A stretch of DNA of 63,051 nucleotides, filler included, from Octopus bimaculoides (Eukaryota): the NCBI RefSeq assembly GCF_001194135.2. It is 7 parts of 7 records of this genome, joined end to end, with 100 filler letters (N's around TTAATTAATTAA, not from the genome) between each part and the next. Parts side by side here need not be neighbours in the genome. Positions count along the whole stretch, not along the records: positions 1 to 24,922 come from NC_068994.1; 6 more parts are not named here. The stretch is one strand, 5' to 3'. Every line of letters starts with the position of its first letter. Positions within the stretch are counted from its first letter, which is position 1. The position numbers and the translations under genes are program-made. Shown here in pieces: positions 12,096 to 22,844 of the stretch. The notes beneath the pieces were generated by a model. It was not told where the DNA came from. It worked only from the letters and a program-made list of their open reading frames with translations, and did not search any database.

Positions 12096-13833
12096 TCAGC
12101 CCAAAATTTTACATGATGTCAGTTTATTTAGGAATCTGCCATTGTATCTGCTGAGATGTAGATGGGGATTTGTGTTATTGACCAATATGGCTCTTCCTTG
12201 AAGAACCATATCAAGTATTTCTCTGTGTAAGTGTTTGCCTGATTGAGTGACAGCTAGATGGTCATGGAAGAATCCTGGGAAAGTCAAGGCATCAGAAGTA
12301 ATTCTATCAAAGTGGCTAATGCGTGTTCTGTGGCTATTTGATGGCAACATGCTGTGACTCTATGGCAAGAGTGTAAAGTAACATCAATGTTAAAGTAGAT
12401 TATAGTCAAAGATTCATTAGGTGTCATGAGCAGAAAGTTGATGAGGATCATTTCAGGTAGGTCTCTTTAAGAGTATAAGGTGTGGTTAATGCACGTCCTG
12501 TTTGCCACTGTGAATACCAACATTTATCTTGCCTTCTTTGAATGTTTTGTCTGTGGTTGGTAGTTGAAAGTGACAGAATTAACTTCTGTGTAATTCAGAT
12601 CCTCATCATAAATTTTTTTGCATTTCTTTTTTTCAAATTTCACCAGTATTAACTCATAGTCATTTTTCCATTCATCACTGGAAGTTGGAGCTGTTGTGAT
12701 GCTGAAACAACCATCCCATGTCATATAAAGATTCTTCTTTTTCTGTTTGTTGAAGTAGATTTCTTATTTCGGCATAGAACTGTGTACTTGTAAATTGTAT
12801 TTCCTTGTCTGAGTTTAGTTGATTTCATTTCTTGCCAGACATGTAATATATTGGCTTTCATGGTATTTTTTCCTTCTTTCCTTGGTTCTTCTCCAAATGC
12901 TTTCAAGATAGTATTTGAACATGTGTAGAAGTATGAACACATTGGCATTTTACATTCATAGTAGCTGCTTGGTTGAATTTGCGAGACTCCCAAATTTGGT
13001 ATGTGAGATATCTACGAATATTTAAAAATATGGCATTGGATTTGGTATGAAGACCGTGTCATTGTTTTTGATTGTCCATTCTCCTGCTGTAATGTTGTTG
13101 ATTTTGCAAATGATGCATACTATTCTGTAAGAGGCTGTTGTCTTCAGCGTTGCCTTGTATTGAATAGACTGAATCCATGGCATTAACAAATATGGTGTGA
13201 TGAAGTCCATAGAATTTGCCATGCTATATGCAAACTTTTTGACTACTGCTATTTTAACACCTTTTTCGTGGAAGAGTTTGAATTTGTTTTCTACTATGTT
13301 CATGTCAGCCGATTTTAGATTATTTCTGAATGTTCTACTGAATGTGTAAGCTTGTTTGAATGAGTTTGAAGGGCCTGGCACAGTTGGACCAATTTGTATG
13401 CCTTCCCATCCATTTGATCCTGTACCGTTGCTCATAGTGTCACACATGTTTTCATCCAAAGCCATATTATTACAAAGATGGTCAGAAGTAGAAGGATTGA
13501 TATTAGTGTTAGCCTCTGATCGTCTGAAGTAGATATCAGATCCAAGATATGTTTACTAACAATTGCTCCAGCAAATAAGAATCTTGTAGGACTAATGTAT
13601 ATTGGGTGATCAGTAAATATCTTGTCTGTACTCAAAGTATTGATGTCTTTATTTGCAGACTCTAGATCTTTCATAGTAACATTGAGTGTGTTTTTTGGCA
13701 CCCAAGATTTCTTTCTTTCAATATCAGTTCCTGGTCCTAAGAAATCACAGCCTGGTATGGGGTATCCTTTCCTTCCTCTTTATTGGTGGTTCGAAATCAG
13801 CCTCATATTTGATGTGACACTTGGTGGTGGCAT
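12096..13833 (-). pseudogene. VP1: Parvovirus capsid VP1/VP2 pseudogene with VP1-unique PLA2 region
   Basis: ATG 13833; GYPIPGCDFLGPGTDI…PKNTLNVTMKDLES (YxGxG-type loop 13755-13726; catalytic HD eroded; stop at 13782). After a frameshift: SNGTGSNGWEG, YTFSRTFR, ITPYLLMPW, PNPMPYF, KLRQGN, DLPEMILI. 3' end at about 12096-12130. Confidence 0.75.
12123..12128 (-). terminator. Putative VP polyadenylation signal
   Basis: AATAAA overlapping a TAA (12130-12128) at the end of the capsid region. Confidence 0.45.
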
Positions 13834-13840
13834 CTTTCTG

Positions 13841-13874
13841 ACTGAGAACTATTTATGTTTTTCCTCCTTATATA
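13841..13874 (-). promoter_or_regulatory. Putative VP promoter (TATA + TCAGT initiator)
   Basis: TATATAA 13874-13868; TCAGT 13845-13841 (A 31 nt from the TATA start); ATG 10 nt later. Confidence 0.6.
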
Positions 13875-14724
13875 GGTTACCCCACATGATCTGACCTACC
13901 ACATAACATACCACATGACTATGACATCATATACGAGTGGTTTGCAATTGACAAAATCACTGGTGCTGATTCTTATACAGCATTATAATTTGATCCTCTT
14001 ATACTAGTAAATGCACTATATCTGAGGTCCCCTCAGATCTCCCCATCCCTGTCTATTGGATTGGAGGAAACTATCTTATTGAATTTAATTGAGGGTCAGC
14101 AACTGGTTGAATCTGAAGCATTTACTAGCCCTGAAGAGGATGGCTTGTCTTTTGGGTGCATGTTTTAGTTATGTCATGTAATGTGGGATCACCGTGAAAG
14201 ATTATCAAAGACTAAGGTAGCCTAGCATTTAGAGCAATTGAAGATTTTAAATGTAGGTTGTCTAAGTCTAAACAGAGTGAGGTACAAGATGGTTATCCTT
14301 AGTTTGAACTGTGAATTTGTGGTTTTGAATGAAACTAGATTATGATTGCCATGAGGTGACGAAGTTTTACATGGAGAAGAAATGTGCTGCAGGTTAATGA
14401 GAACTAGTGGGTAATATCTGCAAAGTAGAGAGCATTGTAACAGGCAACAACAAGCTGGTTGTTAACATACAGAAGACAGTGTGTTAAGGACATTGCCAAA
14501 AAAAAAAAAAAAATAGGGCCAATGCCATAGCTAATGGGGGAGCAAGGGGAGCAACTGTTCATACCTAGCAAATTTTTCAAAATTGGTGCCTTCTATAAAA
14601 TGTATTAATGATGTGTTTAAATTTGTTTGATATGTATCAGTGTCTTTTCTTTATGTGCTCACTCCCACTAACTTTAGAATCTGGCTATGCCCCTGCTTAG
14701 GACACACTAAAGTTGTACTGAATT

Positions 14725-14736
14725 ATGCATCATCAC

Positions 14737-14778
<42 letters not shown>

Positions 14779-15060
14779 TTGGCTTCTGTTTTCCATGCTG
14801 GCATGGGTTAGATGGACTGAGTGGAGCTGGTAAGTTGGAGAGCTGCACCAGGCTCCAGTCTATTTTGGTTTCTACAGCTGGACGCCCTTCCTAATACCAA
14901 CCACTCCACACAGTGTCACCAGCATGGGTGCTTTTACATGTCACCAGCAGGGGTACCTTTTACATGTCACCAGTGTGGGTGCCCTCTATGTGTGTCACCA
15001 GCATGGGTGCCCTTTATGTATCACTGGCACAGGTGCCTCTTTTATGTCACCAGCACAAGT
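14725..15060 (-). mobile_element. RTE LINE 3' tail with internal 25-28 bp tandem expansion
   Basis: (cat)n tail; about 6 degenerate tgtcaccagcatgggtgc…ttttaca units at 14913-15062. Confidence 0.8.
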
Positions 15061-15464
15061 GCCTTACTTAGCTCAATGCAATGTTTTTCTTTCAGAACTA
15101 TATTGTCCGACATAGTTTTCCTTTTTGAAAACAGTAATGCTATTTGGTTGCTATATCTAGCAAATCAAACAGCTGCATAAAAGAAACCCTTGAACTGTTT
15201 GTCTGTCAAAGCAGTTAATAGAAGGCACAATATCTTTCCTAATTATAAGTATGTAGTTTGTATGGAGACTAGATTGCAGATGATAGAAAATCTGATTAAA
15301 CGCATTGATACTGCTTTTGAGGATATTGAGGAAAACAAGGATGAGAGTGACAAAGCATTTCACATTTCATCCTTATTTGTTTTTGAACATTCCTCTTTGA
15401 TCTCTCGGTTTGTGCATCTACTTATCTTATTGTTTCTCTCACACCATTTAACACTTTATCTCTC

Positions 15465-15782
15465 ACATACATACATACATACATACATACATACATACAT
15501 GCATACATGCATACATACATGCATACATACGTGCATATATGCATACATACATACATGCATACATACATACATATATGCACACACACATACATACATGCAT
15601 ACATGCATACATACATACACACATACATACATACATACATAAATACATACATACATACATGCATACACACACACATAATTATGCACACACATGCATGTAT
15701 GCATACATACACAAACACACAAGCACACACACACACAAACACACACACACGTGCACACACACACACACACACACACATGCAT
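15465..15782. repeat. Compound (CATA)n/(CA)n microsatellite
   Basis: Seen directly; explains the HT/MYVC repeat ORFs. Confidence 0.95.
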
Positions 15783-16204
15783 GCATGTCATGTATATGCA
15801 ATTTCATACAATGAGCTATGCAAATTTGGTCTAAAAGGAAATTTAGCTGAGACATCAGGATGTTTTAAATTCCTATGTTACTTCTGTGAACGTTTGCATT
15901 TTCAGCATATGTGAGAAGCATTTGTTTGTGCAAGCGAAAGCATGAGAACACACACTGAGGAGCTCAGATAAGATATCTATTTGTGCTATTATTTTCATAA
16001 GTATTTCAAACATGTGGATGAGATACAAAACTGAAACAATAAACTATGCCAATTCTATCCAAAAACAAGTTTAGCAGAGAGATCGATGTATTTTTTTGTT
16101 TATATGCTACTTCAACAATTTAAGTTCTTTTCCACAGTATATCCATTCTCCTACCCCATAATTTTGTTATTAGGCAGCTAAACTATGTGTCCCCATAATG
16201 GTTC

Positions 16205-16525
16205 TCCATTGGTTACGATGAAAAGTGTTCCAGTTGTTCTGATGAACGGAGCAGCCTGCTAGTGAAATTAACATGCAACTGGCTGAGCACTTCACTGACA
16301 CGCATATTCTGAATGTAGTCAGTTCTCAAGGAAATTCAGTATGACACAATGTGACAAGGCTGGCCTTTTGAAATACAGGAACTACTCATCTTTCACCAGC
16401 TGAGTGGACTGGAGCAAAGAGCAATAAATTGTCTTGCACAAGGACACAGCGTGCCACCAGGAATTAAACTCATGACCTTATGGTCATGAACTGAATACCC
16501 CCAACCTCTAAGCCATGTGCCTTTA
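16205..16525 (-). mobile_element. tRNA-derived SINE related to family B, diverged
   Basis: Shares cagcctgctagtgaaattaacatgcaactggctgagcac with the reverse complement of 18880-18950. Confidence 0.65.
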
Positions 16526-16896
16526 CTGTGTCCCCCCATAGAGGCAGTCTCAATCACTGGCTGTCCCTACATGATCACCACTCATACCTAACTACATAGT
16601 TAAAACAGCTTTTGTGTCCAACAGTCATTGATTGCTGTTGTCACCACCATCTTGGTAATAAATCTTTCCTTACCTCATCGAGAAGATGGTTTATTTCCCC
16701 TCATATTCCTTTTCCCTTTCTCCTTTTGCTTCTTTCAGTCATTAGACTGTGACCATCGATAATACTGTGCTTGTACAAATATATATAAGTCTTGTTCACC
16801 TTCACTATGAGAATGCCAAACCAGGTTGGACTGCATTGAATTTTTCTGAGGAAGATCATCTTGAGAAGCTTCAGTGGCAAACTATCTTTTATCTCT

Positions 16897-17405
16897 CTTT
16901 TACTTTTACTCTTTTACTTGTTTCAGTCATTTGACTGTGGCCATGCTGGAGCATCGCCTTTAGTCGAGCAAATCGACCCAAGGACTTATTCTTTGGAAGC
17001 CTAGTACTTATTCTATCGGCCTCTTTTGCCAAACTGCTAAGTTACAGGGACATAAATACACCAGCATCGGTTGTCAAGCGATGTTGGAGGAGGGGGGGGG
17101 GACAAACACAGACACACAAACATATACACACACATACATTTATATATATNNNNNNNNNNNNNNNNNNNNNNNNNNNNNNNNNNNNNNNNNNNNNNNNNNN
17201 NNNNNNNNNNNNNNNNNNNNNNTATATATATACATATATACGACAGGCTTCTTTCAGTTTCCGTCTACCAAATCCACTCACAAGGCTTTGGTCGGCCTGA
17301 GGCTATAGTAGAAGACACTTGCCCTAGGTGCCACTCAGTGGGACTGAACCCGGAACCATGTGGTTGGTAAGCAAGCTACTTACCACACAGCCACTTCTGC
17401 ACCTA
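16897..17405 (-). mobile_element. SINE family A, full length
   Basis: Same head and body as 7136-7545. Confidence 0.9.
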
Positions 17406-17647
17406 TATTTTTTTTTTACTTGTGTCAGTCATTAGACTGGCCATGCTGGGGCACCACCTCAAAGAATTTTAGTTGAATGAATCAACCCCAGTACTTTTTT
17501 TTAAGACACTGTCGCACTTATTTTATTGATATCTTTAGCTGAACCACTAATCCATGGGGATGTAAACACACCAACACCTGTTTCAAACAGTGGTGGGGAA
17601 TGAACACAGATACAAAGAGACACACACATACACATACATACACACAT

Positions 17648-17695
<48 letters not shown>

Positions 17696-17800
17696 CAGGT
17701 TTCTTTCAGTTTCAGTTTACCAGATCCATTCACAAGACTTTGTTCAGGGTCACCGGAAGTCTCAGCAGCCCAAAAGTTGGCCTTTGTGTACCGTATTCTA
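17406..17800 (-). mobile_element. SINE family A-related, older copy
   Basis: 3' body cagtcattagactggccatgctggggcaccacc…; long (CA)n; degraded head. Confidence 0.7.
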
Positions 17801-18399
17801 CTATAACCATCAAGGTTCCCAACTTCCTTGAACATGGCTAAGCATAGAGGAGATGCATCCATCTGCTGCTGATCATTAAGGGATTAAGTTATACTCAAGC
17901 TAGAAACTGATTAAAATACTAGCAACAGAGTAAGTAGCACTAAAGTAGCCATGGCCCAGTGGTGCTGTCAAATAAGGTGATGAATTACGTCTACCACTCT
18001 GACACCAGTATATGATTAGAACTTATTTACTTGATTCTGGAAGGATGAAACGCACAGTTAAACATGGATCAGCACTATGAATGTTGAGGTATAGAACTAA
18101 ATATTGCAAGTTATTTAGTCTGGTGTTTATGAATTATTTAATATCTGTTCAGTATATGACCAAAATATTTCTTCTTCTGCTCCTCCCCTCCTCACCCCTC
18201 AATAGTCTCATCCACATTGCTGCAATGCAACCACCACAGCTTGTTACTTTGCACCAAAACGTGATCATGCAGTGCTTATTATTCAGTTACTTAATGAAGC
18301 AATTAATTATTTCATCTATTTATAATGAATTAGCCTTCAAAAAAGTCTTTATGTATGGCAGATGTGCAAATACATTAAACATCAGAAATATACAGAAAA

Positions 18400-19745
18400 T
18401 GGACTCCCTCAAATTTCCAGTGGGGATCCTTAGAAGTAGTAGACAGCTTCCGTTAGTTAAGTGACCAAGTTAGCAGTGGAAGAGGTAATTCTGTAAGTAT
18501 AGCTGCTAGAATAAGAATGGGCTGGGCAAAGTTCAGAGAGCTGTTACTTTGTTGGCAACAAAGGGCCTCTCCCTCAAAGAGAAAGGCAGATTGTATGATG
18601 CCTGTCTATAATGTGGAGGCGCAATGGCCCAGTGGTTAGGGCAGCGGACTCACGGTCATAGGATCGCGGTTTCAATTCCCAGACTGGGCGTTGTGAGTGT
18701 TTATTGAGCGAAAACACCAAAAGCTCCACGAGGCTCCAGCAGGGGATGGTGGCGAACCCTGCTGTACTCTTTCACCACAACTTTCTCTCACTTTTTCTTC
18801 CTGTTTCTGTTGTGCCTGTAATTCAAATGGTCACACTGTGTCACGCTGAATATCCCTGAGAACTACGTTAAGGATACACGTGTCTGTGGAGTGCTCAGCC
18901 ACTTGCACGTTAATTTCACGAGCAGGCTGTTCCGTTGATCGGATCAACTGGAACCCTTGACGTCGTAAGCGATGGAGTGCCAACAACAACATGATGCCTG
19001 TCTATGAACAGCTATGCTAAATGGTAGTGAGACACGGGCTATGACTACTGAGGATATTGCAAAGGCTTGAAAGAAATGAAACCAGCATATTCTATTGGAT
19101 GTATAATGTCAGTGTGCATGTATGACAAAGTGTAAGTGGTTTGAAAGGAAAATTGGGGATGCAAGAGAGAAGACTGCACTAGTATGGTCATGTGATGTGT
19201 ATGGATGAGGACAGCCGTATCAAAAAGTGCCACTTTTTAATTGTGATGGGAATGTGTGGAAGGGACAGACCTGGGAAGATGTGGGATGAGGTGATGAAAA
19301 AGGATCTACAGACATTGGGCCTCACAGAGGAGATGACAAGGGACCGAGGTGTCTGGTGGTTTGCTGTGCTTGAGAAGACACACTAAGCTAAGTAAAATCA
19401 AGCTGTCCATATGTACAGGCAAGTCCTCTACATTCCTTTGTCAGCCAAGAGATACTAGTCTTGTGGGCTATTGAGTGCTGGTGCTACATAAAAGTACCTG
19501 TGCCAGTGTCATGTAAAAGCGCCCAGGCTGGAGCCACATAAAAGTGTCCATGCCAGGGCTATGTAAAAGCATCCTGTACACACTGTAAAGTGGTTGATGT
19601 TAGGAAAAATATCTAGCTGTAGAAACCATACCAAAACACAAATGGAGCCTGGACAGCCCTCCAGCAGGTCAGCTCTTGTCAAACCGTCCAACTCATGCCA
19701 GCATGGATACAGGGGTTTGGAGTTTAAAAGACGATGATGATAATA
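18400..19745 (+). mobile_element. RTE (BovB-like) LINE, 5'-truncated
   Basis: LEVVDSFR.LSDQVSS…RIRMGWAKFREL, …GHVMCMDEDSRIKKC…RDRPGKMWDEVMKKDL…TRDRGVW; 3' UTR ends in (GAT)n. Confidence 0.9.
18610..18990 (+). mobile_element. tRNA-derived SINE family B nested in the RTE, 15-bp TSD
   Basis: atgatgcctgtctat at 18595-18609 and 18991-19005; head ggaggcgcaatggcccagtggttagggc; (caa)n tail. Confidence 0.92.
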
Positions 19746-19935
19746 ATGATGGTTATGGTGGTGGTGGTGGTGGTGGTTATGATGACGATGACGACGATGA
19801 TGATGATGGTGATGGTGGTGATGACAACAACAATGACGATGATGATGGTGGGGATGATGTTGGTGGTTGTTGCTGGTGGTGGTGGTGGTGGTGGTAGTAG
19901 TGGTGGGGGGGGGTGATGATGATGATAGTGATGAT
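19730..19935. repeat. (GAT/GGT)n compound trinucleotide expansion of the RTE tail
   Basis: Seen directly. Confidence 0.9.
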
Positions 19936-20243
19936 TCAGAAACATAAATGTGCCCTACATTAGACATTTAAGAATGGTGCATTCCAATGCATACACGTGT
20001 CCTTGCAAATAGACATTTACAAAAGTATTGCTATCATTATATAGCAACAAACCAAGAATTATACTTTTGCTCATAATAGACCACAAATTACAGGGTGTGC
20101 AACAAGCTTTTATATCTGACTTTGTTTTTGTGAATATTAGAGCTGTTTGTATTCATATTTGTGACATACATTCTAATAATGCCACCATGCAACAGGTATC
20201 TTTTGGATTACCTTAGTTCACACAATATACACTCAAAGAAAGA

Positions 20244-20458
20244 CGGTGAACTGGCAGAAACGTTGACATGCTGGGCAAAATGCTTAGCGGTATTTCGTCT
20301 GTCTTTATGTTCTGAGTTCAAATTCTGCCGGGGTCAACTTTACCTTTCATCCTTTTGGGGGCCAATAAATTAAGTACCAGTTGTGTACTGGAGTCGATCT
20401 AATCGACTGGCCCCCGCCCCCAAAATTTCAGGCCTTGTGCTTAGAGCAGAAAAGAATA
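20244..20458 (+). mobile_element. SINE family C
   Basis: ggtgaactggcagaaacgttgac…gagttcaaattctgccg…gccttgtgcttagagcagaaaagaat; related copies at 27190, 30005, 37140 and 56225. Confidence 0.8.
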
Positions 20459-22844
20459 TACACTCAAAGATTTTTAGAAACTGTCTCATTATATTCTTTA
20501 CTTTCATAGACTCCCACATATATTTACACTTGAAGCTACCAACATTTTAGCATGTATCACATCTCTTTAGTATGTATTAATCATAAAATCTGAAATCCAT
20601 TTAAACCAACATGGTGTTAACCTTTCTCCCACTCAGGTCTCTTTCTTGTTTTGAAGATATTTTTATGACAACTAGAAATACTTTGGTTAGTTTTATTAAA
20701 AGAACCAAGAAGTTATTGTTGTTGTTATTATTATTATTATTATTATTAGTGTCAATCTCTGGATACTGATCTTGTATCGTAAAATACAATTCTTATTTCA
20801 TGCTTTTCTTTCTGTTTGGTATAAGACAGTTGCCATAAAAGGAGACAGTTTGTTTTAGTAGAAGAGATACTTAATTTCTAGATGGCCAGAAGTAGCTTTG
20901 AACAAGTATCAGATGATCTAATAGTATAACCTTTTCTCTTTTACTGACTTATTGATTCAAGATCTTTGTGATCATCAGCTATATTTTTGTCAAAATCAAT
21001 TTGTTTTCCTCTGCTTTTCTTAACCAGCTCGAGTTTTGCCTTTAGAGTAACTAGTTATGATGGTTTACTGATAGCATTCACTTTTATCTATGACTTGACA
21101 AATTTTAATCCAATTTTTAATGTTATATCTCTGTTATATTTCTGAATAAATACAGCTGAGTTGGAGTGAGAATATCTAGATAAAAACAAAGAAGGATTAT
21201 CATTAACCAAAGTAACAAAACACTATCGTAAGGACAAGGAATTTTTCCCATTCATTATCACACTGCAAGTAACTTAATAGACAAAACTTTAAAAGATATC
21301 AAATCTTTTTTTTTTAAATTGGTTGAAAATAAAGATTGTGAAAATGATTTTTTAATCACAACAATTTTGTTTTTGCTAAGTAAATACTCTTTCTACTCTC
21401 AGCATGTAAAGTAAAATTTGTTTGCTGTCTTGAAATGATAGTTCAGGAAGCAAATATTTGTGAAACATTTATGACTTATTTAAACTTTTTTCTCCAGATT
21501 CTAAGTCTAAATAATATGCACGAATAAATAAAAAAAAAATTAAAAAATAAATAAGTAAAAATTTAGAATAAAATTAAATAATGAAATGTTTCTCAAGAGA
21601 CCATATTCATTTCATGTCTAGATCTGTTTCTAGACAAAAAAAAAAAAGAAGCCAACTTCACTCATGTCAAGGAAATGCATGCTCATTATGTTCTCATTAT
21701 AGAGTAATTAAAGATACACTTTTGTTTTTTTCCAAGGAAAATCAATCCCTTTTTGTATATTCTTTAATTTATAATGAATTCTTCCATGTAAGTAGTAAAA
21801 TATAGTACTGACTTAGTTCTCTTGGAAGGAACTACTACACAGTGGGTAGCTGGTAAAACAGACTCTTATGTGAAACTATCAAATAAATGGTAAATAATGA
21901 TAATTTTCATAGAATCAAAATCCTTTCTGAATCACAAAAATCTAATGACATCAGAGCTTTGGTTTTCAGTGCTATGGAGCAGATGAAAAATAAATTTCTT
22001 GTTCGATAGGAAGTTAGTTTAGTACACTGACTGCACACATGCCACACAAAAATTAGAATTTATGGTTTCTAGAATATGACCGTAATAGTCTAATGATTAT
22101 TTATTTGCGAACATAATGATACATGTGTACATGTGTTTGTGTGTGTGCATGTGTATTTGTGTGTGTGTGCATGTGTGTGTGCGCGTGTGTGTATATATAT
22201 ATATATATATATGCAAATACATACGTAAATACTTACATACATACATATATACACATATACATGCATATATATATTACATGGCAAAATGCAAGCAGGAAAT
22301 GTAATATTCTTAAGATTATAAACCTGGAAAAGTACAGGACAAGTTGTTACACCTGGAAAAGTATAGGACAAGCTATTACTTCTAGTAAAGAATAAGAAAC
22401 TTTTTACTTCAAATATTACGGCAAAGAATGCCAGTTCTTCTAATTTATCACTCTTTACAGTTCACATCTTTTAAATTTATTGTACAAAACTGTTCAGCTA
22501 ATTTGTAAGTTTGTCTAATTAGTCACTTTTTCCGTATTTAAGGTAGTAAATTAGCNNNNNNNNNNNNNNNNNNNNNNNNNNNNNNNNNNNNNNNNNNNNN
22601 NNNNNNNNNNNNNNNNNNNNNNNNNNNNNNNNNNNNNNNNNNNNNNNNNNNGAAGGGTATTGAATTCAACCAAACCCAAAGATACAGGTAATACCGAGTC
22701 AGTGCTGTATACCGACTAGTTTTGCCCCTTTCGTTGTATAAACATGAGTGGGGATTATAACATAGGTCGTGTATTAGCGTGTGTATGTATAAAGAGAGAA
22801 AAGGATAAAGAGAACAATGGCAAAGTTAGAAATATATTTTATGG

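Larger units (their letters stand above)
10650..13875 (-). mobile_element. Endogenous parvoviral element (densovirus-like), near-complete and decayed; VP then NS1, co-directional
   Basis: Manual minus-strand translation gives the PLA2 Ca-loop PGCDFLGPGT, a Gly-rich segment and capsid-like motifs, then the NS1 HUH motif PHFHII and SF3 helicase Walker A/B/B' motifs. Multiple stops and frameshifts. Confidence 0.88.

Noticed and set aside
12096-12350. Apparent L1 endonuclease-like words (RI..DRI, HDHL) and an HLH triplet in this ORF
   Set aside because: No supporting APE or RT motifs nearby; context places it at the capsid 3' end, and the true HUH motif is at 11750 in frame with NS1.
15422-15914. 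HTYI/MYVC, poly-H, poly-L and poly-T ORFs across the window
   Set aside because: Translations of CA, CATA, TA, GAT, TTA and TAC microsatellites.
20600-21240. Short protein-like minus-strand stretches (VTLKAKLELVKKSRGK…, CHKNIFKTRKRPEWEK); similar ones near 5650-5800 and 15190-15400
   Set aside because: Weak or ambiguous splice signals, nearby in-frame stops and no recognisable family; not supportable without RNA data.
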